A stretch of 64,000 nt of DNA from an uncultured Alcanivorax sp. (GTDB lineage Bacteria > Pseudomonadota > Gammaproteobacteria > Pseudomonadales > Alcanivoracaceae), in assembly GCA_964556345.1 (NCBI GenBank), contig CAZKWA010000004.1, positions 3,488 through 67,487 of the forward strand, written 5' to 3'. The stretch's first letter is position 1, and each line of letters begins with the position of its first letter. This document shows positions 28,450 to 38,528 of the stretch, in pieces. Made by a program: the position numbers and the translations under genes. The notes beneath the pieces are model-generated. The model was not told the DNA's origin and searched no databases. It saw nothing but the letters and a program-made list of their open reading frames with translations.

Positions 28450-30551
28450 GTGACGCCAGCACCAGGGATTCGGTGCCCGATCTCACCGGCCGCTGGAAAG
28501 CGGTGGCGGTGGCGCGCCGGACGGTGCTCACCCTGTTGGTGCTGGGCCAGACCCTGGCCGGCGTGTACGGCATGCTGTCGGTGTTGCCTTACCACGGCCG
28601 CGACCTGCTGGAACAAAGCATCGTTTTGTTGTTCGCGCTGCTGTTCGCCTGGATCTCGGTGGGCTTCTGGACCGCCATGCTGGGCTTTTACATGCGGCGC
28701 CGGGGCGGCGACCCGCAATCCCTGGCGCGCCGCCATGACGCCGACACGCTGGCGGCCACGCCGCTGGCCCGCACCGCCGTCGTGCTGCCGATCTATAACG
28801 AACCGGTGGACCGCACCCTGGCCGGCCTGCGCGCCACGGTGGAATCACTGCGCGCCAGCGGGCAACTGGACCACTTCGATTTCTACATTCTTTCCGACAG
28901 CCGCGACGCGGACGTCTGGCTGGCGGAACGGGCCGGCTGGTACGCGCTGTGCCGGGAGCTGGGTCTGGAGGGCCGGTTGTTCTACCGGCACCGGCCGGTC
29001 AATCTGAATTTCAAAAGCGGCAACGTGGCGGACTTCCTGCGCCGCTGGGGCGCCGACTATCGCTACATGGTGGTGCTGGACGCGGACAGCGTGATGGGCG
29101 GCGATACCCTGGTGCGCATGGTGCGACACATGGAACTGGCGCCCCGCATCGGCATTCTGCAAAGCAGCCCGTCGCTGATTAATGCTCAGTCCGCCTTCGC
29201 CCGGTTCCAGCAATTCGCCAACCGCCTTTACGGCCCCTTGTTCAGCACCGGCCTGGCCGCCTTGCAACTGGGAGAAGCGGCGTACTGGGGCCACAACGCC
29301 ATCATTCGCACCGCGCCCTTCATGGCGCATTGCGGCCTGCGGCGCCTGTCCGGCTTCGGGCTCTTCAAGGGCTCGATCATGAGCCACGACTTTGTCGAGG
29401 CCGCCTATATGGGACGCGCCGGCTATCAGGTGTGGATGGAGCCGGCGCTGCACCAAAGCTACGAGGAATCGCCGCCCACCCTGGTGGACGAGCTGACCCG
29501 CGATCGCCGTTGGGCGAAAGGCAATATGCAGCACCTCTGGCTGTTGTTGTTCGGCCGTCGTATCCGCTTCGCCCATCGCATGGCGTTCATCAACGGCATC
29601 CTGTCCTATCTGGCGTCGCCGGTGTGGTTCGTGTTCCTGGTGCTTACCAGCATCGAGGCCACGCGGCTGACGCTGTGGCCGATCGACTACTTTCCCGATC
29701 CGCAGAGCAGCATGTTCCCGGTATGGCCGGAGTGGCACCCGCACTGGGCGGTGGCGATGATTCTGAGCACCTTTTTCCTGCTGTTCTTCCCCAAATTCCT
29801 GGCGGTGGCGGACGTGCTGCTCAGCGGCGGGCGGCGACAGTTCGGCGGCTTCTGGAAGCTGCTTGTGTCGGTGTGCCTGGAGCTGCTGGTGTCCATGCTG
29901 CTGGCGCCGATTCGCATGCTGGCGCACAGCCGCTATGTGCTGGAGGCGCTGTTCAATGTGTCGCTGCACTGGGGCGGCCAGAACCGCACCGACGAGACCG
30001 GCTGGGGGCAGGCGCTGGTGAACCAGGCACCGGGCACGGTGCTGGCCGCCGGCTGGGCGGCGCTGGCCCTGTGGCTGGACCCGATGTTCTTTTACTGGTC
30101 GCTGCCGGTGGCGCTGCCGCTGATTCTCGCGGCGCCCACCTCGGTGCTGCTGAGCCGGGCGGCCATCGGCCGCTGGCTGCGTGAGCGCGGTCTGCTGCTG
30201 ACCCCGGAAGAGCAGCGCCTGGTGCCCCTGGTGAGCACGGTCGCCGAACCGGTCACGTTGAACCCGACACCGCTGAGCGCGTTTGAAGCCGCCGTGATCG
30301 ATCCGCGCTTGAACCGGCTGCACCGGGAGCACGCCCGCCAGCGTCGCACCGTGGACCCGGACACTCTGGGGCAATGGGCCGGGCGCTGCCTGGAGCAGGG
30401 GCCGCGCGGATTGAATCGCTTTCAGCTCAATGCGCTTGCCCGTGACGCGGGCAGCCTGAAATGGCTGCACCGGCAAGCCTGGTGCTCGGAGCCGGGCAGT
30501 TATTGGGGGCGGCGCATCGCGCAACTCGGGGTGGTCGCGCGCGGCGCTTGA
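28446..30551 (+). CDS. opgH: glucans biosynthesis glucosyltransferase OpgH (MdoH), short N-terminus
   Basis: 701 aa from ATG 28446. GT2 motifs ILSDS, LDADSVMGG and RDRRWAKGN are present, with multiple TM helices. Lacks the ~115-aa cytoplasmic N-terminal domain of enterobacterial and pseudomonad OpgH. Confidence 0.9.
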   Translation: MSDASTRDSVPDLTGRWKAVAVARRTVLTLLVLGQTLAGVYGMLSVLPYHGRDLLEQSIVLLFALLFAWISVGFWTAMLGFYMRRRGGDPQSLARRHDADTLAATPLARTAVVLPIYNEPVDRTLAGLRATVESLRASGQLDHFDFYILSDSRDADVWLAERAGWYALCRELGLEGRLFYRHRPVNLNFKSGNVADFLRRWGADYRYMVVLDADSVMGGDTLVRMVRHMELAPRIGILQSSPSLINAQSAFARFQQFANRLYGPLFSTGLAALQLGEAAYWGHNAIIRTAPFMAHCGLRRLSGFGLFKGSIMSHDFVEAAYMGRAGYQVWMEPALHQSYEESPPTLVDELTRDRRWAKGNMQHLWLLLFGRRIRFAHRMAFINGILSYLASPVWFVFLVLTSIEATRLTLWPIDYFPDPQSSMFPVWPEWHPHWAVAMILSTFFLLFFPKFLAVADVLLSGGRRQFGGFWKLLVSVCLELLVSMLLAPIRMLAHSRYVLEALFNVSLHWGGQNRTDETGWGQALVNQAPGTVLAAGWAALALWLDPMFFYWSLPVALPLILAAPTSVLLSRAAIGRWLRERGLLLTPEEQRLVPLVSTVAEPVTLNPTPLSAFEAAVIDPRLNRLHREHARQRRTVDPDTLGQWAGRCLEQGPRGLNRFQLNALARDAGSLKWLHRQAWCSEPGSYWGRRIAQLGVVARGA

Positions 30552-30589
30552 CGTTAGTCTTCTCTCAAACCGCTTCAAAGGACGAAGCC

Positions 30590-31006
30590 ATGTTGAATAC
30601 ATTACAGGTAAGGGACTACATGATTCGTGACCCCTTCCTGCTTTCTCCCGCCATGTCGGTCACCGAGGCGATCCGTGTGTTACTGGCCCAGGGCCTGGCC
30701 GGGGCGCCCGTGGTGGAACGGGGCAGGCTGGTGGGCATGTTCTCGGAGTCCGACGGTTTGAAGGGCGTGCTTGACGCCGGCTACCACCATATCGGTATCG
30801 GCTGCGTGGCCGACTATATGAGCCGGGAGGTCAACCGGCTGAGCTGCCATGCCACGGTTCAGGAAGCCGCGGAAATGTTTCTTCGTAACCACCGCCGTTG
30901 CTTGCCGGTGGTGGACGGCCAGCGGCTGGTGGGGCAACTGAACCGTTGCGATATTCTGCGCGCCGTCTCCTTGGAGGGCGCGCCGATGGAGGCAACAACC
31001 AACTAA
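30590..31006 (+). CDS. CBS-pair domain protein
   Basis: 138 aa from ATG 30590 behind AAGGA. Two CBS repeats (VRDYMIRDPFLL...PVVERGRLVGMFSESD; VADYMSREV...LPVVDGQRLVGQLNRCDIL). Confidence 0.8.
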   Translation: MLNTLQVRDYMIRDPFLLSPAMSVTEAIRVLLAQGLAGAPVVERGRLVGMFSESDGLKGVLDAGYHHIGIGCVADYMSREVNRLSCHATVQEAAEMFLRNHRRCLPVVDGQRLVGQLNRCDILRAVSLEGAPMEATTN

Positions 31007-31024
31007 AAGAACTGGGGGAATACC

Positions 31025-31594
31025 ATGAACCAACCTTACGCGTCACCGGCCTCGGCGTTGGAGGCCGGCGCGGAAAGCCGCTATCAACCGCGTTTATTCC
31101 AGGTGCAGGGACGCCTCGGCAGGGTGCGTTATTTCGTCTACGTCATGGCCATCAGCCTGATTGTCTATGCGGTGATGACCGCGATGGCGGTGATCTTCGG
31201 TCTCGCCGGGGCGTCAACCGACCCGGACAGCGGCGGCGCCACCCTGCTGGTGATGATGCCGTTGCTCGGCCTGTGTGGCCTGTTCGCCTTCGTGATGAGC
31301 ATTATTTACGGTGTGCGCCGGTTCAATGATATGAACATGAGCGGCTGGCTGATCCTGCTGATGTTCGTGCCACTGGCCAACTTTGTGATCGCCCTGATGA
31401 TGTTGTTCGTGCCGGGCAGCAAGGGTGGCAACAAGTACGGCCCGGCGCCGACCGCCAATGGCGGCGGGCTGATCGCCGCGCTGGTGATCATGTTGTTGGT
31501 GATGGTGGGGTGGATCGGCGTCCTCGGCGCGGTGGCGATTCCCGCCTACCAGGATTACGTGGAGCGCGCCCAGATGCACCAGATGCAGCGCTAA
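31025..31594 (+). CDS. DUF805 inner-membrane protein with a type IV pilin-like C-terminal helix
   Basis: DUF805 hallmarks are GRLGRVRYFVY...RRFNDMNMSGW...GNKYGPAP. The extra 45-aa tail contains IGVLGAVAIPAYQDYVERAQ. Confidence 0.75.
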   Translation: MNQPYASPASALEAGAESRYQPRLFQVQGRLGRVRYFVYVMAISLIVYAVMTAMAVIFGLAGASTDPDSGGATLLVMMPLLGLCGLFAFVMSIIYGVRRFNDMNMSGWLILLMFVPLANFVIALMMLFVPGSKGGNKYGPAPTANGGGLIAALVIMLLVMVGWIGVLGAVAIPAYQDYVERAQMHQMQR

Positions 31595-31628
31595 AAAAAG
31601 GGCCTCCTGATGGAGGCCCTTTTTTTTG
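31593..31628. terminator. bidirectional rho-independent terminator
   Basis: A-tract, then 8-bp GC stem GGGCCTCC / GGAGGCCC with loop TGAT, then T-tract. Lies between convergent DUF805 and mdh genes. Confidence 0.85.
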
Positions 31629-31660
31629 ATCAGCGGTCCTGTTGAGAGACCGGGATCGTC

Positions 31661-32641
31661 TTACGGCAGCAGATGCTTCACCGCGTCACGCTCTTCGGCC
31701 AGCTCGGTTTCGGTGGCGGTCATGCGCTCGCGGGAGAAGTCATTCACTTCCAGGCCCTGAACGATTTCCCAGTCGCCGTTCTTGCAAACGCACGGGTAGG
31801 AGTAGATCAGGCCTTCCTGAATGCCATAGGAGCCGTCGCTGTAGATGCCCATGGACACCCAGTCGCCGTCGTCGCTGCCCAGCGCCCAGCTGCGCATGTG
31901 GTCGATCGCGGCGTTGGCGGCGGACGCGGCGGAGGACGCGCCCCGCGCCTTGATGATGGCGGCGCCGCGCTGCTGCACGGTGGGGATGTAGTCGTTCTCG
32001 TACCAGTCCTGCTCGACCTGATCGATGGCGGGCTTGCCGTCCACTTCGCAGTGGTGCAGGTCCGGGTACTGGGTGGAGGAATGGTTGCCCCAGATGGTCA
32101 TCTTCTTAACGTCGTTGATGCTCTTGCCCAGCTTGTTGCCCAGCTGCGCCATGGCGCGGTTGTGGTCCAGGCGGGTCATGGCGGTGAACTGACGCGGATT
32201 GATGTCCGGTGCGTTGCGCTGCGCGATCAGGGCGTTGGTGTTGGCCGGGTTGCCGACCACCAGCACCTTGATGTCGCGGCTGGCCACTTCGTTGATGGCC
32301 TGGCCCTGGGCGGAGAAGATCGCGGCGTTGGCTTCCAGCAGGTCCTTGCGCTCCATACCCGGACCGCGCGGACGCGCGCCCACCAGCAGGGCGTAATCGG
32401 CGTCCTTGAAGGCTACCTTGGCGTCGTCGGTCTGCACGATACCGTCGACCAGCGGAAAGGCGCAGTCTTCCAGCTCCATGGCCACGCCTTTGAGGGCTTC
32501 CAGGGCGGGAGTGATTTCGAGAAGCTGGAGGATAACCGGCTGGTCTTTGCCGAGCATGTCGCCGGAGGCGATGCGGAACAGCAGGGAATAGCTGATCTGG
32601 CCAGCGGCGCCGGTGACAGCTACGCGTACGGGTGCTTTCAT
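31661..32641 (-). CDS. mdh: malate dehydrogenase
   Basis: 326 aa from ATG 32641. [30 protein letters not shown] and [12 protein letters not shown] are MDH family signatures. The longer track ORF (to 32947) was rejected. Confidence 0.95.
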   Translation of the reverse strand: MKAPVRVAVTGAAGQISYSLLFRIASGDMLGKDQPVILQLLEITPALEALKGVAMELEDCAFPLVDGIVQTDDAKVAFKDADYALLVGARPRGPGMERKDLLEANAAIFSAQGQAINEVASRDIKVLVVGNPANTNALIAQRNAPDINPRQFTAMTRLDHNRAMAQLGNKLGKSINDVKKMTIWGNHSSTQYPDLHHCEVDGKPAIDQVEQDWYENDYIPTVQQRGAAIIKARGASSAASAANAAIDHMRSWALGSDDGDWVSMGIYSDGSYGIQEGLIYSYPCVCKNGDWEIVQGLEVNDFSRERMTATETELAEERDAVKHLLP

Positions 32642-32750
32642 TAAAAATCTCCTTGGAATCGTCGGGAGAACTGAGGAGCCTCTGAATACGACCTTGGCGG
32701 GCAGGGCGCATTCGGAGGTTCCCCGGGCCGCGCGCATTATAGAGTAGCTG

Positions 32751-33905
32751 ATGGGCGAGCGCACGGATCGCCGGTCAAACCGAGCAGGAGGACAGGTCAG
32801 GGTGAGCCAATGGGACGTGATCGTGGTTGGCGCCGGCCAGGCGGGCTGCGCCGCCGCCTGGGATCTGGCCGCCGGCGGTGCCCGGGTGTTGTTGCTGCAC
32901 AGCGGCCCGGAGCGCCACAAGCCCTGCGCCGGCGGCCTGACCATCAAGGCGCTGCGCCGCTACCGGTTCGCCCTCGACAGCGTGATCCGCGAGCCGGTGC
33001 GCCGCCTTACCTTGCGGCGCGACAGCGGCCTCGCCGCCACCTTTGTCACCCAGGCGCCGTTCTGCGTGATGACCCACCGTCGCGAGCTGGACGCGCTGGC
33101 GCGGCGCCAGGCGTGCCGGCGGGGCGCGGTGTGGCGGCGCACCGCCGGCGTGCGCCGTTTGCGTCAGGACGCCGCCGGGGTGTCGATTGTCACCGAAGAG
33201 GGCGAACACCACCGGGGCCGCTGCCTGATCGCCGCCGACGGCGCCCATAGCCCCCTGCGCCGTCTCTTGCACGGTCAGGGCGACGGCCTCGGGGCGCTGG
33301 CGCTGGAAGGGCACCTGCCGCGCGAGCGGGCCGGCCATTACCCGCCCATGACGCTGGATTTCGGCGTGCTGGCCGGCGGTTACGGCTGGCTGTTTCCCAA
33401 GGGCGACCATATCAATGTGGGGCTTTACACCTGGTGCCGGAACCGCGCCCGGCCCACGGCTTCCGCCCTGGCCGACTATGCCCGGCGCGCCCTGGGCAGC
33501 GACCGGCTGGAGGCGGTCGGCGGCTATCCCCTCGGCACCTGGCTGAATCGCAGGCCGCCGCTGTGCGGGCGGGTGCTGTTCGTGGGGGACGCGGCCGGCG
33601 CCACGGAGCGATTGCTGGGCGAGGGCATCTACGGCGCGGTGTTGAGCGGGCAGCTGGCCGCCACGGCGGTGCTGGCCGGGCGCCCCGGGGATTACCCGTT
33701 GCTGTTGAGCGCCTGGCGGGAGGAACTGGATCAGGTGGAGAGCCTGACGAGGCGGTTCTACGCCGTGCCCGGTCCGGCGTACGCCGCCCTGCGGCGCTGG
33801 CTGGCGCCCGGGCTGCTGGGCGGTTACGCCGAGGGGCTGACCCTGGGTGGCGTCAAACGGGCCTGGTTCAGTGGCCGCCGCTTTCCCGGTAGCTCACCGG
33901 CGTGA
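32751..33905 (+). CDS. FAD-dependent oxidoreductase, geranylgeranyl reductase-like
   Basis: [29 protein letters not shown]...KPCAGGLT. The true start may be GTG 32802, behind AGGAGG. Confidence 0.75.
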   Translation: MGERTDRRSNRAGGQVRVSQWDVIVVGAGQAGCAAAWDLAAGGARVLLLHSGPERHKPCAGGLTIKALRRYRFALDSVIREPVRRLTLRRDSGLAATFVTQAPFCVMTHRRELDALARRQACRRGAVWRRTAGVRRLRQDAAGVSIVTEEGEHHRGRCLIAADGAHSPLRRLLHGQGDGLGALALEGHLPRERAGHYPPMTLDFGVLAGGYGWLFPKGDHINVGLYTWCRNRARPTASALADYARRALGSDRLEAVGGYPLGTWLNRRPPLCGRVLFVGDAAGATERLLGEGIYGAVLSGQLAATAVLAGRPGDYPLLLSAWREELDQVESLTRRFYAVPGPAYAALRRWLAPGLLGGYAEGLTLGGVKRAWFSGRRFPGSSPA

Positions 33906-34902
33906 CCCCGAACCAGCGCTTAAAGGCGCGGTTGAAGGCGCTTTGCTCGGAATAGCCGAGATCCAGCGCGATCTGATTCACCGAGCGGTTGCTGTGCAGC
34001 AGCCAGTCGCAGGCGAGCCGGCGCCGTTCCTGCTCCAGAAGGGTGGAAAAATCGGCCTGTTCCGCCCGTAGCCGGCGGCGCAGCGTCCAGGGCTTGACGC
34101 CCAGGCGCTCGGCGATCGGTTCCAGTTGCGGCACCCCCTCCACCAGCCGTTGCTGAATTTCCAGGCGGACCTGTTCCAGCAGGTTGTCCCGCGCGCGGTA
34201 CTGGGTCACCGCCCTCTGCATCCGCGAGCGGGCGATGCGGTTGACCTCCGGGTCGGCGTCGCGCAGCGGCAGGTCGAGCACGGCTTCATCGATAACCAGC
34301 GCATTGCAGGGCTGGGAAAACGACACCGGGCAGCCGAACAGGCGCTGGTATTCGCCGTCGTCGTCACCGGCCGGGTGGCGAAAATGCACCGCCATCGGGT
34401 TGAGTTCGGCGCCCAGTATCCAGCGCCCGAACACCACCGAGCCGGCGAAGAAGGCGTCCACCCGGTGCGGCGAGGTGGGCAAATCCTCGAAGGGCGTATC
34501 CAGGATCAGCCACAGCTCCCTGTCGTGCCACTCGAAGCGCAGCTCGGCGAACTCCGTGGTCACCCGGGCGAACGGGATCATCAGTTCGATGGCGTCGCGC
34601 AGGGTGGCGCTGGACATGCTGGCGTAGCCCAGCTCGCCCATGAAGCGCGGCCGGATGCATTCGCCCATGTGCAGCCCGAAGAGCGGGTCGCCGCTGCCTT
34701 CCAGGGCCAGCTCGAAAAGCCGGTTCTCCACCTTGAGCGGCACCCGGGCACGGGGCGACTCCAGTTCCGCCTCGCTGACGCCCAGGCGCACCAGGGCGTC
34801 ACTGAGGTCCACGCCGGCGTGCAGGGCCGCGTCCAGCAGATACTCGATCCAGAACGACGCCACGGTCAGCGAATGCAGGGCAGGAGGGTGAGAATCAGAC
34901 AT
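33868..34902 (-). CDS. AraC-family transcriptional regulator (with N-terminal ligand-binding-like domain)
   Basis: 344 aa. C-terminal double HTH ...[32 protein letters not shown]. Confidence 0.85.
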   Translation of the reverse strand: MSDSHPPALHSLTVASFWIEYLLDAALHAGVDLSDALVRLGVSEAELESPRARVPLKVENRLFELALEGSGDPLFGLHMGECIRPRFMGELGYASMSSATLRDAIELMIPFARVTTEFAELRFEWHDRELWLILDTPFEDLPTSPHRVDAFFAGSVVFGRWILGAELNPMAVHFRHPAGDDDGEYQRLFGCPVSFSQPCNALVIDEAVLDLPLRDADPEVNRIARSRMQRAVTQYRARDNLLEQVRLEIQQRLVEGVPQLEPIAERLGVKPWTLRRRLRAEQADFSTLLEQERRRLACDWLLHSNRSVNQIALDLGYSEQSAFNRAFKRWFGVTPVSYRESGGH

Positions 34903-34975
34903 AGGCCGGCTTTGTCTTACGTGAAGTGAGGCAAAGTCAACGTGATTGGCGCCGGGCAGTCAATGGCGGGAAACC

Positions 34976-34997
34976 GACCGGGCCGGTGGGCCCGGTC
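34976..34997 (-). terminator. hairpin downstream of the phasin gene (weak terminator candidate)
   Basis: Perfect 9-bp stem GACCGGGCC / GGCCCGGTC with loop GGTG. Only a short T-run follows on the minus strand. Confidence 0.3.
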
Positions 34998-35005
34998 AAG
35001 GGCGA

Positions 35006-35350
35006 TCAGTTTGCTTTTTGTTCGCGGGACAGTTTGTTGACCTTGCGGTTGATGCGGTCGAGCTTCTTATTCAGGGCGTCCATTTCGTCGCGGGTGGGCA
35101 GGCCGAGCGTGTGAGCCAGGCGCGCGCGCCACTCATCGACGCCTTTGCCGCTGGTTTTGGCCCGCAGGGACTCGCCGCTTTTGACCAGCTCCTGAAAGAA
35201 TTCGTTACCGGATTCGCTGAGCCGGGTCACCGCACCCTGGGCCGCTTTGCTAAGCTTGTCCGCCGTGGTGCTGATTTCCGTGCTCAGCTCGGAGAGCTTG
35301 GCATTCAGGCTGGTGGTGGGGGATTCGGTTTTTGCTTGTGTCTCGCTCAT
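35006..35350 (-). CDS. phasin-family (PHA granule-associated, PhaI-like) protein
   Basis: 114 aa from ATG 35350 behind AAGGAG. GNEFFQELVKSGE and LGLPTRDEMDALNKKLDRI match PhaI/PhaF N-domain motifs. Confidence 0.7.
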   Translation of the reverse strand: MSETQAKTESPTTSLNAKLSELSTEISTTADKLSKAAQGAVTRLSESGNEFFQELVKSGESLRAKTSGKGVDEWRARLAHTLGLPTRDEMDALNKKLDRINRKVNKLSREQKAN

Positions 35351-35475
35351 GAGTAAGGGTCTCCTTATCCAACGTGTGACGCCGATGGTAAGCAAGACGG
35401 CGTTCTGGATGTCTTTTGTTGTCCTACAATTAAACAAGGTGTTCCGCCAAGCCGGGGCACATCGGGAGAGAGTGC

Positions 35476-37023
35476 ATGAAGGTAGAGCTTCCCCAGGGTG
35501 GGTATCAGGGCCTGACCGGCGACGGCGTGGTGGCATTCCGGGGGGTGCCGTTCGCCCTCCCGCCGGTGGGCGACCTCCGTTTCAAAGCGCCCCGGCCCCT
35601 TCCGGAGAGCGACCGGAGCGTCAACGCGGACCGCTATCCGCTGCCGTCGCTGCAGGTCAGGAACCCGCTGATGGGCGTGGAGGAATCCGGCGAGGACTGC
35701 CTGTATCTCAACATCTGGGTGCCGGAGGGCGAGGGCCCCTTCCCGGTGATGCTCTGGTATCACGGTGGCGGCTATATCGCCGGCTCGGTGTCCCAGCCGC
35801 TCTATAACGGGGCGGCGCTGGCGGCCAGTCAGCAGGTGATCGTTGTGCACGCGGCCTACCGCCTCGGCGCCCACGGCTTCGCCGACTTCGCCGCCATCGC
35901 CCCGGAACTGGGCGCGGACACTAACCTGGGCCTGCGCGACCAGGTGGCGGCGCTGGAATGGGTCAACCGCCACATCGAAGCCTTTGGCGGCCGGCCCGAC
36001 CGGGTGACCCTGTTCGGCGAATCCGCCGGTGGCTTCAGCGTCGCCACCCTGATGGCCACGCCCCGGGCGCGGCCGCTGTTCCAGGGCGCCATCGTGCAAT
36101 CCGGCGCCGGCGACTTCGCGCTCGCCCCGGAAGAGGTGGGCAAGGTCACTCGCGCCTTCGTGGACGCCTTGCCCGGCGACGGCAGCGCCGCCGACAAGCT
36201 CCGTCAGGCCGACCCCAAAGCCTGGATCGCCGCCCAGAACCAGGCCCTGCGTACCCTGGTCAAGCGCGGCCTGCGCGACACCACGCCGCAGTTCGCGATG
36301 AATTTCCAGCCGATGGTGGACGGCGACCTGTTGCCGCGCCTGCCGGTGGACGCCATCGCCGACGGCGAGGCCCGGGATATCGCCCTGATGGCCAGCGTCT
36401 GCCGCGATGAATACCATTTCTTCCAGTACGCCGGCCCGATGGCGGGCTTTCCCTCGGTGGAAGAGCTGCGCCGCTTCGACGAAGCGGAGATCCTGCGCCG
36501 TTTCCAGCGCGCCTTGCCGCGCCACGGACAGCAGGCGCTGAGCTACTACCAGCGCACCGTCACCCCGGATCCCGAACGCAGCAACATGGACTGGTTCTCG
36601 GCCATGGAGACCGACCGGCTGTTTCGCGTGCCCACCCTGCGGCTGCTCGATGCCCAGGCCGCCCACCGGGACGACACCCGGGGCTTCCAGTTCACCTGGA
36701 CCAGCCAGCAGTTCGGCGTGCCCATGGGCGCCTGCCATGTGATCGACGTGCCGTTCGTGTTCGGCGTCACCGATACCCCGGCGGGCATGTTTTTCACCGG
36801 CGGCGGCGAGCCGGCCCGTGCCCTGGCGGCGGAAGTGCAACAAGTGTGGGGCGATTTCGCCCACGGACGGGCCGTGCGGGGGCCGGCCTGGAAGGATACC
36901 CGCCGGGTACGCCAGTTCGGCCCCGGCGACGCCGAAGCCGCCTTGCTGGATGCGGACGGGGAAGCCCTGTGGGCGGACATCATTCCCGTGCCGGGGACTG
37001 CAAAACCGGGCCAGGGCGCGTAA
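35476..37023 (+). CDS. type-B carboxylesterase/lipase
   Basis: 515 aa. FRGVPFALPPVGDLRF, EDCLYLNIW and the nucleophile elbow FGESAGG are type-B carboxylesterase signatures. Confidence 0.9.
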   Translation: MKVELPQGGYQGLTGDGVVAFRGVPFALPPVGDLRFKAPRPLPESDRSVNADRYPLPSLQVRNPLMGVEESGEDCLYLNIWVPEGEGPFPVMLWYHGGGYIAGSVSQPLYNGAALAASQQVIVVHAAYRLGAHGFADFAAIAPELGADTNLGLRDQVAALEWVNRHIEAFGGRPDRVTLFGESAGGFSVATLMATPRARPLFQGAIVQSGAGDFALAPEEVGKVTRAFVDALPGDGSAADKLRQADPKAWIAAQNQALRTLVKRGLRDTTPQFAMNFQPMVDGDLLPRLPVDAIADGEARDIALMASVCRDEYHFFQYAGPMAGFPSVEELRRFDEAEILRRFQRALPRHGQQALSYYQRTVTPDPERSNMDWFSAMETDRLFRVPTLRLLDAQAAHRDDTRGFQFTWTSQQFGVPMGACHVIDVPFVFGVTDTPAGMFFTGGGEPARALAAEVQQVWGDFAHGRAVRGPAWKDTRRVRQFGPGDAEAALLDADGEALWADIIPVPGTAKPGQGA

Positions 37024-37058
37024 AATAGCGTCCCTGTAACCCCCTCAGGAGTATCACG

Positions 37059-37403
37059 ATGTCCGTGGCCGAGGCCATTGAAAGCAAAGTGCGCGACGCC
37101 TTGCCGGTCGCGCACCTGGAGTTGGAAAACGAAAGCCACCGGCACAATGTGCCGGCCAACTCGGAAACCCACTTCAAACTGGTGCTGGTGTCCGACGCCT
37201 TTCAGGGCCAGATGCCGGTGCGGCGCCACCAGGCGGTCTACCAGGCACTGGCCGAGGAGATGAAAGGGCCGGTGCACGCGCTCGCCCTGCATCTGTTCAC
37301 GCCCGCCGAATGGCGCGACCAGGGCGGCGACGTGGCCGACTCCCCGGACTGCCGGGGTGGCGACGGGCGGGCCAGCGAGCGCGCCAAGGGACCCCCGCAA
37401 TGA
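37059..37403 (+). CDS. bolA: BolA-family protein
   Basis: 114 aa. [29 protein letters not shown]...[14 protein letters not shown]...CRGG parallels E. coli BolA. Confidence 0.8.
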   Translation: MSVAEAIESKVRDALPVAHLELENESHRHNVPANSETHFKLVLVSDAFQGQMPVRRHQAVYQALAEEMKGPVHALALHLFTPAEWRDQGGDVADSPDCRGGDGRASERAKGPPQ

Positions 37404-38356
37404 GTCCGGTGGCGCAGCCGGGCGAAGGCCCCGTGGTGGTGGCGGCGCTCTACCGCTTTACCCGCCTCGACGACTACCAGGCCCTGCGTGAGCCGCTGCT
37501 GGCGGCGATGCTCGAGCGTGACGTGCGCGGCACCCTGTTGCTGGCCCACGAAGGCATCAACGGCACCATTTCCGGCGCCCGCGACGATGTCGATGCGATT
37601 ATCGGCTGGCTGCGCGCGGACCCCCGTTTCCAGGAAATGGAATACAAGGAGTCCTTCGCCGCCGAACACCCCTTCCTGCGCACCAAGGTCAAACTCAAGA
37701 AAGAGATCGTCACCATGGGCGTGGAGGATCTCGACCCCAACGCCAATCGCGGCACCTATCTGGAAGCCGAGGAGTGGAACCGGGTGATCGCCGATCCGCA
37801 AACCCTGGTGATCGACACCCGCAACGACTACGAATACGAAGTCGGCACCTTCCGGGGCGCGGTCAATCCCAACACCAAGGCGTTCCGGGAATTCCCGGAC
37901 TACGTGAAGCAGAACCTGGACCCGACCAAACACAAAAAAGTGGCGATGTTCTGTACCGGCGGCATCCGCTGCGAGAAATCCACCGCCTATCTGCGTGAAC
38001 AGGGCTTCGAGGAGGTCTACCACCTCAAGGGCGGCATCCTGAAGTACCTGGAGGAAACCCCGCCGGAAGCCTCGCTATGGCAGGGCGAATGCTTCGTGTT
38101 CGACGAGCGCGTCACCGTCGATCACGAGCTGCGACCGGGCGGTTACGACCAGTGCCACGCTTGCCGCCGGCCGATCTCCGAGGCCGATAAAACCTCGCCG
38201 TTGTATCGCCAGGGCGTCTCATGCCCCCACTGCCATGATGAATCCACCCCGGAGCAGAAAGCCCGCTTCGCCGAGCGCCAGAAGCAGATCGAGCTGGCCC
38301 GCGAGCGTGGCGAGCCGCACCTGGGGCACGATCCGCGCCAGAGCGACGAACGCTGA
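37400..38356 (+). CDS. trhO: rhodanese-domain tRNA uridine(34) hydroxylase TrhO (YceA/UPF0176)
   Basis: ATG 37400 overlaps the bolA stop (ATGA). [12 protein letters not shown]...[11 protein letters not shown], the rhodanese CTGGIRCE loop and a C-terminal Cys cluster are present. Confidence 0.85.
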   Translation: MSPVAQPGEGPVVVAALYRFTRLDDYQALREPLLAAMLERDVRGTLLLAHEGINGTISGARDDVDAIIGWLRADPRFQEMEYKESFAAEHPFLRTKVKLKKEIVTMGVEDLDPNANRGTYLEAEEWNRVIADPQTLVIDTRNDYEYEVGTFRGAVNPNTKAFREFPDYVKQNLDPTKHKKVAMFCTGGIRCEKSTAYLREQGFEEVYHLKGGILKYLEETPPEASLWQGECFVFDERVTVDHELRPGGYDQCHACRRPISEADKTSPLYRQGVSCPHCHDESTPEQKARFAERQKQIELARERGEPHLGHDPRQSDER

Positions 38357-38528
38357 TCGTCCTGGCCCGTCACCCCCGACGTGGCCGTACGTCACAAACC
38401 CAATTTATTTCTATGCGCTGATTTGCAATCTTTGTCATGACTCGGCAATGATAAGTGGCAGGGGTAATCAAGCTGGGTCCAGAGCGTGGCGAGGGTCTCG
38501 GACAAGGACGAAAAAGGGGGGGATCGAT

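Noticed and set aside
32642-32947. N-terminal extension of mdh (track ORF 428 aa), and the similar 5' extensions of track ORFs at 10264, 30461, 38235, 54032, 57106 and 35536.
   Set aside because: Family-typical N-termini and Shine-Dalgarno sequences occur at the internal start codons that I used. The extensions are Arg/Pro-rich and run through intergenic or neighbouring-gene sequence.
38357-38528. Possible sigma54 (-24/-12) promoter upstream of the ACT-V4R gene, considered because V4R is associated with XylR/DmpR-type systems.
   Set aside because: TGGCAGGGGTAATCAAGC and ATGCGCTGATTTGCAA each match only one half of the TGGCAC-N5-TTGC consensus. There is no GG/GC pair at the correct spacing.
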